From: Leucoraja erinacea
Lineage: Eukaryota
DNA length: 64,000 bases
Assembly: GCF_028641065.1 (NCBI RefSeq)
Contig: NC_073389.1
Span: 4,154,001 to 4,218,000 of the forward strand
Reading direction: 5' to 3'
Shown here: positions 51,613 through 63,895 of the stretch, piece by piece
How positions within the stretch are numbered: position 1 is the stretch's first letter
Layout of the letters: every line of letters starts with the position of its first letter
Translations under genes and position numbers: made by a program
Notes under the pieces: generated by a model
Database searches by the model: none
What the model was told of the DNA's origin: nothing
What the model saw: only the letters and a program-made list of their open reading frames with translations

Positions 51613-52169
51613 AAATAGATTTCACAAGACGTGGATGAAGCACACGGTAGATTAAATTCACACAGCGAATCATGAAACGTGGATGGAGAGACAAAGCAAG
51701 CAGACGCAACATCTGAAACAATCGCAGCCGACCTGTGGTGGTGGATGCAGACAAGACATTGAGGCTGCTTTGATGAAGAAATGCATGGCTGAGAAAGCTG
51801 ACAAAAGCACAAATGGTGCACAGACAGCACAAAAACATCAGAAAGGCAGCGTAGAAACGAGGGGATTCTGCTGAATCTGTATAAAGGTGGGCTCTGCCTC
51901 AAAAAGTCTATACTATCTCAGGAAAGATCTCAAGACCACAGCAAGAATTCTACAAACTGCCGGGGATTGGTGCTAAAAATCTGAGCTGCAAACATCAAAT
52001 GTTGAAAAGACTCAGCAGGTCAGGCTGCATCTGGAAAAGAGAAACGGAATGAATGCTTCAGGATGCATCTTCAGCATCCAGATTCATATATACCTCAGAA
52101 AATCTTTAACATTATTGCAATGTGTTCAATTTGGCTGTTGATTAAAATAATATCTGGTACTAAGTCCTA

Positions 52170-53045
52170 GATTCAGATTCAGATTCACGTTTATTGTCAA
52201 TTGCACCATTTAATGTGAAGTGATATTTGAGTTAAAGCCCTGTCCCACGGTACGGGTTCATTCCAAGAGCTCTCCCGAGTTTGCCCTGATTCGAACTCGG
52301 TGATTTACGGTAATGGCGAGCTCCGACGTACCCGCTACTTTCATTCTCCGTGCTTACCACGAGTTTGATTTTTTTTAGCTCTTGTAATTTACTCGTGCAT
52401 GTGGGACAGGGCTTTGACCGAGCTGCCATACAATTACAAGAACGATAGAACTTAACATAAACATCCACCACAGTGATCACTGCGATGAAAGGCAATAAAG
52501 TTCAGTCAGTCTTCCTCCTTTTGTTCACCCATGTTTGGGGCCTTGACCCTCCGTAGTGTCTGCTGTGGACGGCCCAATGTACAGGCCCTCTCGTCGGGTA
52601 GATCAAACTCCGACGTTGGGGTGGATGGAACACACTTGCAGTGCCCGAACCGGCCACTTTCTTACCGGAGACTCCGCGGCTTCTCCATGTTATAGGCCGC
52701 AGGCAGGCCTGCGGTCGGAGCTCTTCTCCGGCGATCCCCAGCAAGGGATCCCTGGCTCTGGGATGGTAAAGTCCTCTCCACGCCTGCTGCTGAAGCTCTG
52801 GGCTGTCTCCGGGAAAGGCCGCACCAATCCAAGTTGTTAGGCCGCGAGGGCGGACAAAAATGTCACTAGGAGAAAAGTCGTATCTCTGCCGAGGTAAATG
52901 ACTGGAAATGGTTTCCCCCCTTCCCCCTCCCCCCCCCCCTACATAAAAACACACCAAGAAACATTAATTCATACATTTAAACATACAGAAAAAGTCGAAA
53001 TGACAGACACACCGCTAGCGATGCTGCCACGCATGGCGCCACCCG
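52170..53045 (-). mobile_element. Non-autonomous LINE-tailed element with nested MITE at 52235-52414
   Basis: (attcag)n tail, blocks shared with 33310-33945; nested AAGCCCTGTCCCAC...GTGGGACAGGGCTT. Confidence 0.65.
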
Positions 53046-53560
53046 ATGACGATAGCGTTGGCAAAGTCGTTTTGTAAAGATGGTGTCAGTACGTATTGTT
53101 AGCAAACGTACAAGTGACCTGGCTGGAAAACAATATGATGATGTTTAACTTTTTTCGAGCTACTGGTGCCTGTACCTGCACACCGTTGAACGTTGGAGAC
53201 CGGGAATTTCCACAGGAGATCATGGGCAAAGAATGAAGCAGTACTAATGTTACCAAGGCCAGTGCAGATAATTGTATCACTCAATTGAACGAGGCCATCA
53301 AAAACAAATATGCCCGAATTCACCAACATTGATTTCTGAGGGCAGTACAATCTGGTTTCAAAGAGTAGAGATATATTACTGGCCTTTTTTGTTGAGTTGC
53401 TGAGACAATGTTTTGGTTATCTATTTTCATCCACAAGAGGAGAGAGATGACTCAGCAGTCGTTCAGGAGGGAAGGGAAAATTTGCCATTTGTTTCCACAA
53501 CATTCAATATTGCTGCTGCTTACTTGAATGGCCGTGTTTGATCTCCGCTGCGATGATTTA

Positions 53561-53716
53561 AGGGCCTGTCCTACTAGGCCGTCATTTGCGTGTCATGCAG
53601 ATGGCGTGCGAAGATTTTGTACATCACTGCCTATGTCATCACGCACCATGCACGCATCACGTGCGTGTCGCGACACGTAAATTACGCGCAAATGACGGCC
53701 AAGTGGGACAGGCCCT
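53561..53716. mobile_element. PIF/Harbinger-type MITE
   Basis: AGGGCCTGTCC..ACT / AGTGGGACAGGCCCT; TTA at 53558-53560 and 53717-53719. Confidence 0.88.
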
Positions 53717-53824
53717 TTAGTCGTTGAATAAACTGGCATTGTAGTCTCAGCCCGAAACATCGCTTGCCCATTTCCCTCCGCTCCTTGAGTTCCTCCAGCA
53801 CTTTGTGTTTTGCTCAAGATGTTG

Positions 53825-54108
53825 GGTGGCATGGTGGTGCAACACTAGAGTTGCTGCCTTACAGCGCCACAGACCCAGGTTCGATCCTGACTACGGCTGC
53901 TGTTGGTGCGGAGTTTGTACATTCTCTCTGGTGATCACGTGGGTTTCCTCCCACACTCCAAAGATGCGCAGGTTTGTAGGTTAATTGGTTTGTGTAAATT
54001 GTCCCTAGTGTGTGCAGGATAGAATTAGTGTTCGGGTGATCGCTGGCTGCCGTGGACTCGGTGGGCTGAAGAGCCTGTTTCCATGTTGTACCTCGAAACC
54101 TAACTAAA
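53825..54108 (+). mobile_element. HE1/V-SINE-type SINE
   Basis: B box ggttcgatcc, conserved body and tail. Confidence 0.8.
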
Positions 54109-54802
54109 ATATCAGCACCCACAGTTTCAAGGGCCTGCATTTTACTGATCCGCGGCAGAACCTCCTCAAAGTGTGGAGTTTGTATAATTAGGGAACTTTG
54201 TGTAATTCGAGTTTCACTGTACCTTAATTGGTAAGAAACGGACAATACACTGACCTTTGAACCTTTTGAACTGTGCCGACTTTGAAGAGGTTCTTCCCCT
54301 CCTCTCTCTGATGGGAGTCCTGTGACTCTCACTGCTCCCCCTCTGTGATTCATAGAAACATAGAAAATAGGTGCAGGAGGAGGCCATTCGGCCCTTCCAG
54401 CCAGCACCGCCATTCATTGTGATCATGGCTGATCGTCCCCAATCAATAACCCGTGCCTGCCTTCTCCCCATATCCCTTGACTCCACTAGCCCCTAGAGCT
54501 CTATCTGACTCTCACTTAAATCCATCCAGTGACTTGGCCTCCACTGCCCTCTATGGCAGGGAATTCCACAAATTCACAACTCTCTGGGTGAAAACGTTTT
54601 TTTCTCACCTCAGTCTTAAATGGCCTCCCCTTTATTCTAAGATTCCTGCTGCTCTTCAACCATGTGCTGCATTTAGCCAGTAGCTGTGTCCCATCACTAC
54701 TCATCCTTTCTAGCTTTGTCCCCTCTACTCCATCAGCTCCATCAGTCTGAAGAGGCGTTGTCTGTCCATTCCCTCCACAGACGCTGCCTGTTGTTCCTCC
54801 AG

Positions 54803-55081
54803 CGCTAGGCGTACGCCGTCAAGACGCTGCGTACGCCGTCAAGACGCTGCGCACGCCTGTCGAGGCGCTGCATGCGGCTGCGGGCCGACAGGCCGTTGCC
54901 GCGCGGAAGTTTCGGACAGTGTCAGTTTTTCGGAGCCCTGCGCGATGTCGGGACCAGCTCCGCACAACTCCATACGGCTCCGGCGATCGAAGTGGGACCG
55001 GCCCCGCGAGGCCGCACGGCTCAAGCGACCACGTTAGATCGCGCTTGCCGCATGCAGTCGCATGCTCGTGGGACAGGCCCT
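54803..55081. mobile_element. Truncated GC-rich Harbinger-type MITE
   Basis: Right terminus GTGGGACAGGCCCT followed by taa; left terminus missing; 21-bp tandem gcgtacgccgtcaagacgct. Confidence 0.6.
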
Positions 55082-56106
55082 TAACTACCACCTCAGCAAC
55101 TATGTCTTTGGTTGCACTCCATACTTCAGTTTTGCACTCTTACGGATAACTAATATTACGGTTATTAACTCATTGTATTATTGCACATTACACACTATCT
55201 GTGTGGAATTGTGCTTACAGGCCTGTAAAGTTGCGGAGGGTAAGAATTTCATTATTCCATTGCCGGTAGATATGACAGCTTGTCTTTATGAACTCCTTAA
55301 TGCATTATCAAGGTATGTTTAACCCTGACATTGGATGTCTGGGCAAATGGTAGCAGGATTTAGATCCGATTTGGAAGAGAGACACATGTACATATGTGTT
55401 TAAGAAGGAACTGCAGATGCTGGAAAATCGAAGGTAGACAAAAGTGCTGGAGAAACTCAGCGGGTGCAGCAGCACCCGCTGAGTTTCTCCAGCACTTTTG
55501 TCTGCATGCACATATGTACTCCTTGGACTGCAGTCACTGATGTAATGATGACATTTGTGTACAACAGTTTCCTAATGACAGCAATGATCAGAACATCTGG
55601 ATATTCAGTTATGTTAATTGATAGCTGAAATGATCATTGCAGACAGTACATAAAGAATGTTCAGGAGATTACTGACATAGCCCGGGGCAGGGCCATGACA
55701 GGATTTTAAAACAACAATGACATTTAAAATATTAGTGAACTGGGAATAAGAAGAGAACAATGTGACCAACCGCATCTAAAATAATTTTGCCAGTCAATAA
55801 TATCATATTGAGTGGCAAAATTATTTTAGATACGGTTAGTTTTTGTAAGAAACGGAAACGGTGAGCATTGGAATAACAGCTTCATGACAATAGCATAAAT
55901 GAGTGGGCCAGATAGCACAATGTGTGATTCGGGCAATATCAGATGTTACGAAGTGTGAGTGTACACATTATCGATAGGAACAGACCAAGAATTATCAATG
56001 AAATCATCACATTCTCCAAATAGCTTTCAATATTGAAATGAAATATAATGACATACAACCATGGTTATTTGTTGAAAACTACTGATGGTATACAATGGAA
56101 TCGTTA

Positions 56107-56554
56107 AGGGGCTGTCCCACTGCAGCAAACTAATTGGCGAGTTTAGAACAGTTTAAGAGAGTTTGAAAAAGTGCCATGTTGAAGACCTCCTTCAACCTCC
56201 CTTCGACTATGATGAAGACTATCTACAACCACCTTCAACTACCTTTAACCTCCCTCGATTATCTACGACTAACATGCCGACCTCCTACGACCTACTTCGA
56301 CTAAACCTATGAGTAAAAAAAATAATATCGATTTTTTTCCATGGCGACCTTTTTTTACTCGTGGGCATTTTGTCAGCATGTTGAGAAAAACGCCGCGACC
56401 CAGCTGAGGCCTCGAGTACGCGGAGACCACTCTCGAGCATGAAGGAGAGTTACAAAGACCTCCTAGGACCTCGTGTCGACATTGCTGAGAGGATGAGTCG
56501 AGGGCAAACTCTTCGAAACTCGCCAATTAGGTCACGGCAGTGGGACAGGCCCCT
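56107..56554. mobile_element. PIF/Harbinger-type MITE just upstream of the CD247 TM exon
   Basis: AGGGGCTGTCCCACTGC / GCAGTGGGACAGGCCCCT; TTA at 56104-56106 and 56555-56557. Confidence 0.88.
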
Positions 56555-56609
56555 TTAGATATTGTTTGGATGGGTCATTGACCAGACTTTTTGTTTCCAA
56601 CTTTAACAG

Positions 56610-56713
56610 ATGCTGGCACTATGGACCTGAATGACCCGAAACTTTGTTACATCCTGGATGGAATTCTCTTTATCTATGGCATTATCATCACTGCTCTCTA
56701 CCTTAAACTGAGG
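56610..56713 (+). CDS. CD247: CD3 zeta chain, transmembrane exon (equivalent to mammalian exon 2)
   Basis: Acceptor tttaacag|, donor AGG|gtaagt; 104 nt, phase 1 to phase 0. Reads (x)[34 protein letters not shown], matching the zeta TM signature [15 protein letters not shown] with the dimer Cys and intramembrane Asp. Confidence 0.96.
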
Positions 56714-57219
56714 GTAAGTTATTGAGACATCTTTCCAAAGTGGTATACAGATTGAAATGCTGCCAGACACTAGGAATAGCTATTCAGGTCCCTACATCAT
56801 ATCGATGAAGGGCCCTGACCCGAAACATCACCTATTCAGGTCCCCTGAGATGCTGCCAGACCTGCTGAGTTACTCCAACATTGTGTGCCCTTTTTTTAAA
56901 CCAGAATCTGCAGTTCCTTCTTTCCACAAAAAAAAATGGATCATCGTTAAAAGACATACACGAGGTCATTTGTGCAACATTTTGTGTCATCTGTTGTATG
57001 AATGTATTCTCTCCAAAATGTCAGAGTGTGTTGTAAAGTAGGGGGTTCTCCAATTATGAATTCTAAACCAACATGCGTGCAAATATCATTCTGGAGAGTC
57101 ATGGATATGTGGCACTTGCCTGACTCTGCAATTCCTACCTAAAGAACCTTCCCATGTCCAACACTTGCCCTGGTTAACCAAGACCACGGCTGAAATGACT
57201 CTATGAAATGCTATAAATT

Positions 57220-57505
57220 TGGGCAGCACAGTGGCAGAGTTGGGACCTCACAGTACCAGCGACCCGGGTTCGATCCTGACCACGGGTGCTGTCTGTGCGG
57301 AGTTTGTACGTTCTCCCTGTGACCCGTGTGGGTTTTCTATCCCCTCCCCCCCACACTCCAGACCTACAGGTTTGTAGGCTAATTGGCTTTGGTAAAGATT
57401 GTAAATTGTCCCTAGCGTGTAGGATATAGGAATCACTGGTCAGTGTGGACTCGGTGGGCCGAATGGCCTGTTTCCATGCTGTCTTTCGAAACTAAACTAA
57501 ACTAA
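57220..57505 (+). mobile_element. HE1/V-SINE-type SINE in a CD247 intron
   Basis: B box ggttcgatcc and (aaact)n tail. Confidence 0.8.
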
Positions 57506-58063
57506 GCCTGCCAACACCAGGTGCCATTGGACACTGTAGCTCTGAAAGGGTTTCTGTGGGGAGTGCCTACTTTGGGCATGGTGCAGTCGTACAGCTATGG
57601 GTTGTGGAGTGGAGGAGGGGAGAGGGGAGGTTATTGGGGTGGGTACAGTCTGCGTGAGCAGGAAGGAGTGAGAGGTAGTACACGAGGGATATTAAGGGGG
57701 AATGAGGAGGGCGGCAGGACTTGGTTGGTGGGTGGGAAATGGTTGAGTGGGGCTGGTGTGGGTCAAGGGAGAATGGGAGGGGCAGTGAGTTGCAGGAGAA
57801 ACAGGGGTGCCCTGTGGGAGAATTAGATTCCTCGCAGTGAGAGGAGGTGGGTGTCGAGGGGGTTGGTGGAAAGAAGAGTGGGTGGTTGAGATGGGAGTGT
57901 GGTTGTGGCAGCCACAGTGAGAGGGGTCGGGGAAGTGTGGGGGCGATGAGCTTGGTGTGGGGGAAAGGCTGGGGCAAATGGGCATGGAGGGGAGTGGTTA
58001 CAAATACATTCATTTCTGGCATAGAATTGAAAACTGCAAACTTTTTTCATTTTGATTTCAAAG

Positions 58064-58132
58064 CTGACCAAGGCAAAAAGCAAGTTAGAAGATACTGCTG
58101 CAAACCAACCAAACACGGAAGGACCATACGAG
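58064..58132 (+). CDS. CD247: CD3 zeta chain, first cytoplasmic exon (exon 3 equivalent)
   Basis: Acceptor cattttgatttcaaag|, donor GAG|gtaagg; 69 nt, phase 0/0. LTKAKSKLEDTAANQPNTEGPYE ends in Y-x, the way zeta exons split their ITAMs. Confidence 0.9.
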
Positions 58133-58274
58133 GTAAGGAGTTATCCTGGGGATCTGGACAGTCTGGAGTATTCCACATTGCTCCTATTAACCCACCAAAA
58201 TATTTAATTCACCTTTTAAAAAGGCATTGCAGGGCGATATAATGAACCAGGTGACTTTAAAGGGGGTGCGGGAA

Positions 58275-59070
58275 ACATAGAAACATAGACAATAGGATAC
58301 AAAGGACATTTATTATCACATACACCAAATGGTGTAGTGAAGTTTGACTTGCCAATGCAGCGCACAAATAAAGATAAGACACAACATTAGAGAATTTAAC
58401 AACATAAAAACATCCCGCCACAATGGTTCCCACTGTGGGGGAAGGCAGCAAAGTCCAGTCCCATCCCCTGTTCACCCATAGTCGGGCCTATTGTGGCCTC
58501 CGCAGCCAGTCCGAGTTGCTGGAAGAGGCCATTCGGCCCTTCGAGCCAGCACCGCCATTCATTGTGATCATGGCTGATCATCCACAATCAATAACCCGCG
58601 CCTGCCTTCTCCCCATATCCCTTATATCCCTTGATTCCACTTACCCCTAGAGCTCTACCTAACTCTCTCTTAAATCCATCCAGTGACTTGGCCTCCACTG
58701 CCCTCTGTGGCAGGGAATTCCACAAATTCACAACTCTCTGTGTGAAAAAGTTTTTTCTCACCTCAGTCTTAAATCGCCTCCCCTTTATTCTAAGACTGTG
58801 AATGAAGAATAAGACCCTGGTTCTGGACTCGCCCAACATTGGGAACATTTTTCCTGCATCTAGCTTGTCCAGTCCTTTTATAATTTTATATGTTTCTGTA
58901 ATATCCCCCCCTCATCCTCCTAAACTCCAGTGAATACAAGCCTAGTCTTTTCAATCTTTCCTCATATGACAGTCCCGCCATCCCAGGGATCAATCTCGTG
59001 AACCTACGCTGCACTGCGTCAATCACAAGGATGTCCTTCCTCAAATTAGGAGACCAAAACTGGACACAAC
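58275..59070 (-). mobile_element. CR1-clade LINE 3' fragment with a nested insertion near 58295-58520
   Basis: [30 protein letters not shown]; MFPMLGESRTR. Confidence 0.85.
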
Positions 59071-59233
59071 GGCGTTGTGTAATTTTAAAGGGAGCGTGGG
59101 AACGAATTGAGTTAGATACCGAATCGCTTGGATCGGAGCACATTGTCAGAGTTTAACTGCCTAAAGTAAGAGAAGATAGATTGATCCAATTATTATAGTA
59201 TCTGAAAATAACAGAAGCTTCTAATCTTTACAG

Positions 59234-59323
59234 GCCCTGCAGAAGAAGAGTCAAGAAACCTATTCAGATCTCAGGTTTAACAAACGACAGCAGGACACTG
59301 AAGCGGCAACTGGAGGCAGGCGG
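59234..59323 (+). CDS. CD247: CD3 zeta chain exon 4 equivalent, completes ITAM1
   Basis: Acceptor ctaatctttacag|, donor CGG|gtaagg; 90 nt, phase 0/0. ALQKKSQETYSDLRFNKRQQDTEAATGGRR; joined to the previous exon it gives the ITAM YEAL-x7-YSDL. Confidence 0.92.
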
Positions 59324-59434
59324 GTAAGGTTTCACTTTTCTTCCACAAAGGAATAACGCTTTCCAAAGAAAGACACAGAATATAAATTCTGTAACAGGAG
59401 CTTAATCCAAAGCGGGCCGAGGGCCCAGGGGAGT

Positions 59435-60090
59435 TGTATGTTTCCACCAGTGGGAGAGTCTAGGAACAGAGGGCGCGGCCTCAGAATAAAAGGACGTACC
59501 TTTAGATCGGAGATAAGGAGGAATATCTTTAGCCAGAGGGTGGTGAATCTGTGAATTCACTGCCACAGATGGCAGTGGAGGCCATGTATTTTGGTATTTT
59601 TAAACTAGAGATTGGTTGGTTCTTGATTAGTAAGTGCATCAAAGGTTACGGGTAGAAGTGGGGTTAAGAATGAAGAATAGATCAGCCTAATTCTGCTCCT
59701 ATGTCTTATAGAAACATATAAAATTATAAAAGGACTGGACAAGCTAGATGGAGGAAAAATGTTCCCAATGTTGGGCGAGTCCAGAACCAGGTGCCACAGA
59801 CTTAGAATAAAGAGGAGGTCATTTAAGACTGAGGTGCGGCAAAACTTTTTCACCCAGAGAGTTGTGAATTTGTGGAATTCCCTGCCACAGAGGGCAGTGG
59901 AGGCCAAATCACTGGATGGATTTAAGAGAAATTAGATAGAGCTCTAGGTGCTAGTGGAGTCAAGGGATATGGGGAGAAGGCAGGCACGGGTTATCGATGG
60001 GGGATGATCAGCCATGATCACAATGAATGGCGGTGCTGGCTCAAAGGGCTGAATGGCCTCCTCCCGCACCTATTTTCTATGTTTCGGTGT
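59435..60090 (+). mobile_element. Two adjacent CR1-clade 3' fragments
   Basis: Two successive ESRTRG/QRVVNL-type blocks and CR1 3' UTR. Confidence 0.8.
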
Positions 60091-61699
60091 TATGGAGGAT
60101 TCCAGGCAGACAAAACCAAGGGAACCGGGATCCATGGGTGTGGGTAGGATGTGCTGTCGGTCAATGGGTGATTGAAACGGAAAATGGACGTTGAATAAAG
60201 GAGGGCAGGATTTGTTGAGAAACTATTCCTCAGAGTGAGGAGAGGTGGGGGGACGGGGGGTGGAGATCAAAAACAGAGGACATATATGAGAGGTGCAAGA
60301 TTTCATGTGAATCTGAGGGTGATCTTTATCACACGGAGAGAGGTGGGGTATAAAAAATGAGCTGCCACAGGAAGTAGTTGAGGCAGCTATAATATCAACA
60401 TTGAAAATCACTTGGACAGAGACATGGATAGGAAAAGTTTAGAGGCACAAGTGCAAATGAGACTAGCCGTAGGGCCTGTATCCTTGTCGTATGATTCTAT
60501 AAATGTTTTCTGAGCTGCTAAATATTTCCATCAGCTGCAGTGTTTTACTTGTGTAAAGATCTTTCTCGCCTTTATTGCAAGTAAGATGGAATACAAAATC
60601 AAAAAGCTTTGGTGCCAATATGCAGGATTTTAAGACACACTTATAGAGTATTGCAAAGTCAAAATCTTGCAGATGTTGCAATTATTTTTGCCTGCCTTCG
60701 CAGCAGAGTGGGTTTACTAGATTGATCCTGGGACGGGCTCTCTTGTGAGGACAGATTTTGCAGCTTCATCTGTTTACTCGGACGCAGAAGAATTGGAGGT
60801 GATATTCTGAAACACAATCGAACCTTAACTGTCTTGCTGTGGGAAGATGCTGGAAGAATGATGGTTCATTCTTTTTAGAATAGAATAGAATAGTTTCTTT
60901 ATTGTCATTGTAACATGAACCATGTACAACAAAATTTAAATTTTACACTTAAAACCTTGAATAGGTCAGTGTGGATATAGTTTTTAATATTGACACAGAT
61001 ATTTAAACTCAAAAAGTAGGAATATCACCGTACGTCAGGCAACCTGCAAATCTCTGAGCAACAATGTCTGAATACCATGTGCTGTTTTGCAGCATGTTCA
61101 ATGATTTATTGAGGTCTACATAGACAAGGTAAATAATGCCACATGGCGACTTTTCTTTCAATTAAAATGAAAGAAAATTAAATATTACATTATGTAATGT
61201 ACACTCATTACACTCATGTTGGGCCTCGCCAAGTGCCTGGGCGTTTCCACTAACGTAACATCACATGTCTGGCTGCTGTGGTGATGGGTTTTGAAACTTA
61301 CCCTGGAGTTCCTCCCAGTGGCTGCTTACAGAAACTGCTAGAGTCAGTGGCAGTGAGTGAAGCCCAGTTTGTAGTCATACATGCAAGCACAGTGAGGTAC
61401 AAGTACGGTGAAAGTCTTGCTTGCAGCAGCATCACACGCACGTAGACTTAGACGGCGCACAAAGATAAATGATACTAAACGTGAAAAAAACTGCAAAAGC
61501 AAGACAGTGGTGCAAAAACACAATTAGAAATGAGTCCATGGGGGTGCAAGAGATGGTCCGCAGTGTTCTTGTCCTGGGGTAGGATTAGGTTAGTGCGGGT
61601 GGGTTCAAGAGCCGGATGGTTGCTGGATGGTTGATGGTTCCTGAACCCGGTGGACTGGGACTTCAGGCATCTGTACATCCTGCCCTACGGTAGCAGTGA

Positions 61700-62050
61700 G
61701 TTGATCTACTCTGATCAAGAAGGCTCATCAGCGTCTCTTCTTCCTGAGGAGACTGAAGAAGGTCCATCTGTCTCCTCAGATCCTGGTGAACTTCTACCGC
61801 TGCATCGAGAGCATCCTTACCAACTGCATCACAGTATGGTATGGCAACTGCTCTGTCTCCGACCGGAAGGCATTGCAGAGGGTGGTGAAAATTGCCCAAC
61901 GCATCAGCGGTTCAACGCTCCCCTCCATTGAGTCTGTCCAAGGCAAGCGCTGTCTGCGAGGGCGCCCAGCATCGCCAGGACTGCTCTCATGATGGACTGT
62001 TTACCCTCCTACCATCCGATACGCTGCAGGTCTCTCCGTTGCCGAACCAG
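61700..62050 (+). mobile_element. Rex1/Babar-like LINE fragment
   Basis: KKAHQRLFFLRRLKK...NFYRCIESILTNCITVWYGNC. Confidence 0.8.
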
Positions 62051-62544
62051 CAGGGTGCAGCTCTTTCCGTAGAGGTTGTGTACTCAAAGTATTCGGTGAC
62101 TGCATGCCAAATCTCTTCAAATTTTGCTTGGTGTTGACATGTTGGCGTGCCTTCATCATGTTCACATGCTGGGCCTAGAGACATCACTGGACAGGAGTAT
62201 GAAGCTGCTCTCCCCAGCAGTAAACGCTGGCACGAGGTGTCCTGACTTCCCCACCAGCTGTGCCACAACCGTACACTTGCAGATGATGGCTGGCAGCCCC
62301 TGCAGAGTTGATTTGAAACATGCTGTGTTGTGACCACCTTCAGCTGCTTTACCCGTGGCATAAGTTGACAAGCAATTACAACCATGCAGGTCCGAGTGCT
62401 GGGACCTGGAGATGTCTATGAGCTGGAGCTAACCCGTTGAAAAGGTTCAGGCTGGGAGCTGTTCACCTGAGAAACATTTTGATCACAGGCCTGTCTAAAT
62501 TTGCTGATACAAATAACAGTGTGGCTTCAGTGGGTACATTGAAC

Positions 62545-63895
62545 AATCCCTGTTCCAGGCGTACACTGACCCTATCTCCGAACTCTATCTCCGTTACATT
62601 GATGACTGCATCGGTGGAACCTCCTGCACCCATGCAACACTCATGGATTTCATCAACTTCACCACCAATCTTCATCCTCTGTGCTCAAATTTACTTGGAC
62701 CATCTCCGACACCTCCCTCCCCTTTCTTGATCTCAGTCTCCATCACAAGAAATAGACTATTGACTGATGTCTATTACAAACCCACTGACTCCCACAACTA
62801 TCTCAACTACACTTCTTCCCGCCCTGCTTCCTGTAAAGATTATATCCCCAACTCCCAATTCCTCCGTCTATGCCGCATCTGCGCCCAAGATGAGGTGTTC
62901 CATACTAGAACATCCGAGATGTCCTCATTCTTTATGGAACGGGGATTCCCCTCTCCCATCATAGATGAGGCCCTCACTCGTGTCTCCTCAGTACCCCGCA
63001 GTTCCGCCCTTGCTCACTCTCCCCCTAGTTGGAACATAGACAGAGTCCCCTAGTCGTTACCCCATTAGCCATCGCATACAACACATGATCCTACAAACTC
63101 TCTGCCACCTCCAACGGGATCTCACCACAGGCCACATTTTCCCATCTCCACCCCTTTCCGCCTTCCACAGAGACCGTTCCCTCCGCAACTCCCTGGTTAT
63201 CTTCCCACCCATACGACCCCCTCCCCAGGTACCTTCCCCTGCAACCGCAGAAGATGCAACACCTGTCACTATACCTCCTCCCTCGACTCTGTCCATGGAC
63301 CCCGACAGTCCTTTCAGGTTAGGCAGAGGTTCACTTGCACCTCCTCCAACCTCATCTACTGTATCCGTTGGTCAAGATGTGGACTCATATATATCGGCGA
63401 GACCAAACGCAGACTGGGCGATCGTTTTGCTGAACACCTTCGCTCAGCCCGCCTGAACCAACCTGATCTCCCGGTTACTGGACACTTTCTGTCCTCTGTC
63501 TCCTCCATTGTCAGAGTGAGGCTAAACGCAAATTGGAGGAACAGCATCTCATATTTCACTTGGGCAGCTTACAGCCCAGTGGTATGAATATTGATTTCTC
63601 TCATTTCAGGTAGCCCCGGCATTCCCTCTCTCTCTATCCCTCCCCCAACCAAGTTTCACCAGCTTCTTGTTATCACCCAACAAACAACTAACAATGGCCT
63701 ATTTCCTTTACATTCGTTACTTTTTTGAATATCTTTCATTCATTGTTCTTTCTCTCTCCACATCACCGTCTATATCTCTCGTTTCACTTTTCCCTAACCA
63801 GTCTGAAGAAGGATCTCGACCCTAAACGTCACCCATTCCATCTCTCCAGAGATGCTGCCTGTCCCGCTGAGTTACTCCAGCTTTTTGTGTTTTTC
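62545..63895 (+). mobile_element. Penelope-like retroelement, 5'-truncated (RT C-terminus, GIY-YIG, terminal repeat)
   Basis: YLRYIDD, TDVYYKPTDSHNYL, IPNSQFLRL.RIC, YIGETKRRL motifs with frameshifts; ends about 35 nt before the CD247 exon at 63931. Confidence 0.92.

Noticed and set aside
53086-53280. Minus-strand ORF with a signal-peptide-like start (MIQLSALALVTLVLLHSL)
   Set aside because: Non-ATG start, wrong strand for CD247, and no supporting exons.
57560-58000. G-rich intronic tract with Pro/His-rich antisense ORFs
   Set aside because: Low-complexity purine skew explains the ORFs; G-quadruplex potential alone is not distinctive.
56610-59323. FCER1G (FcR gamma) as the identity of the ITAM gene
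   Set aside because: The TM reads DPKLCY..DG (zeta-type) rather than EPQLCY..DA, and the frame continues past ITAM1 into a further exon ending in Y-x.
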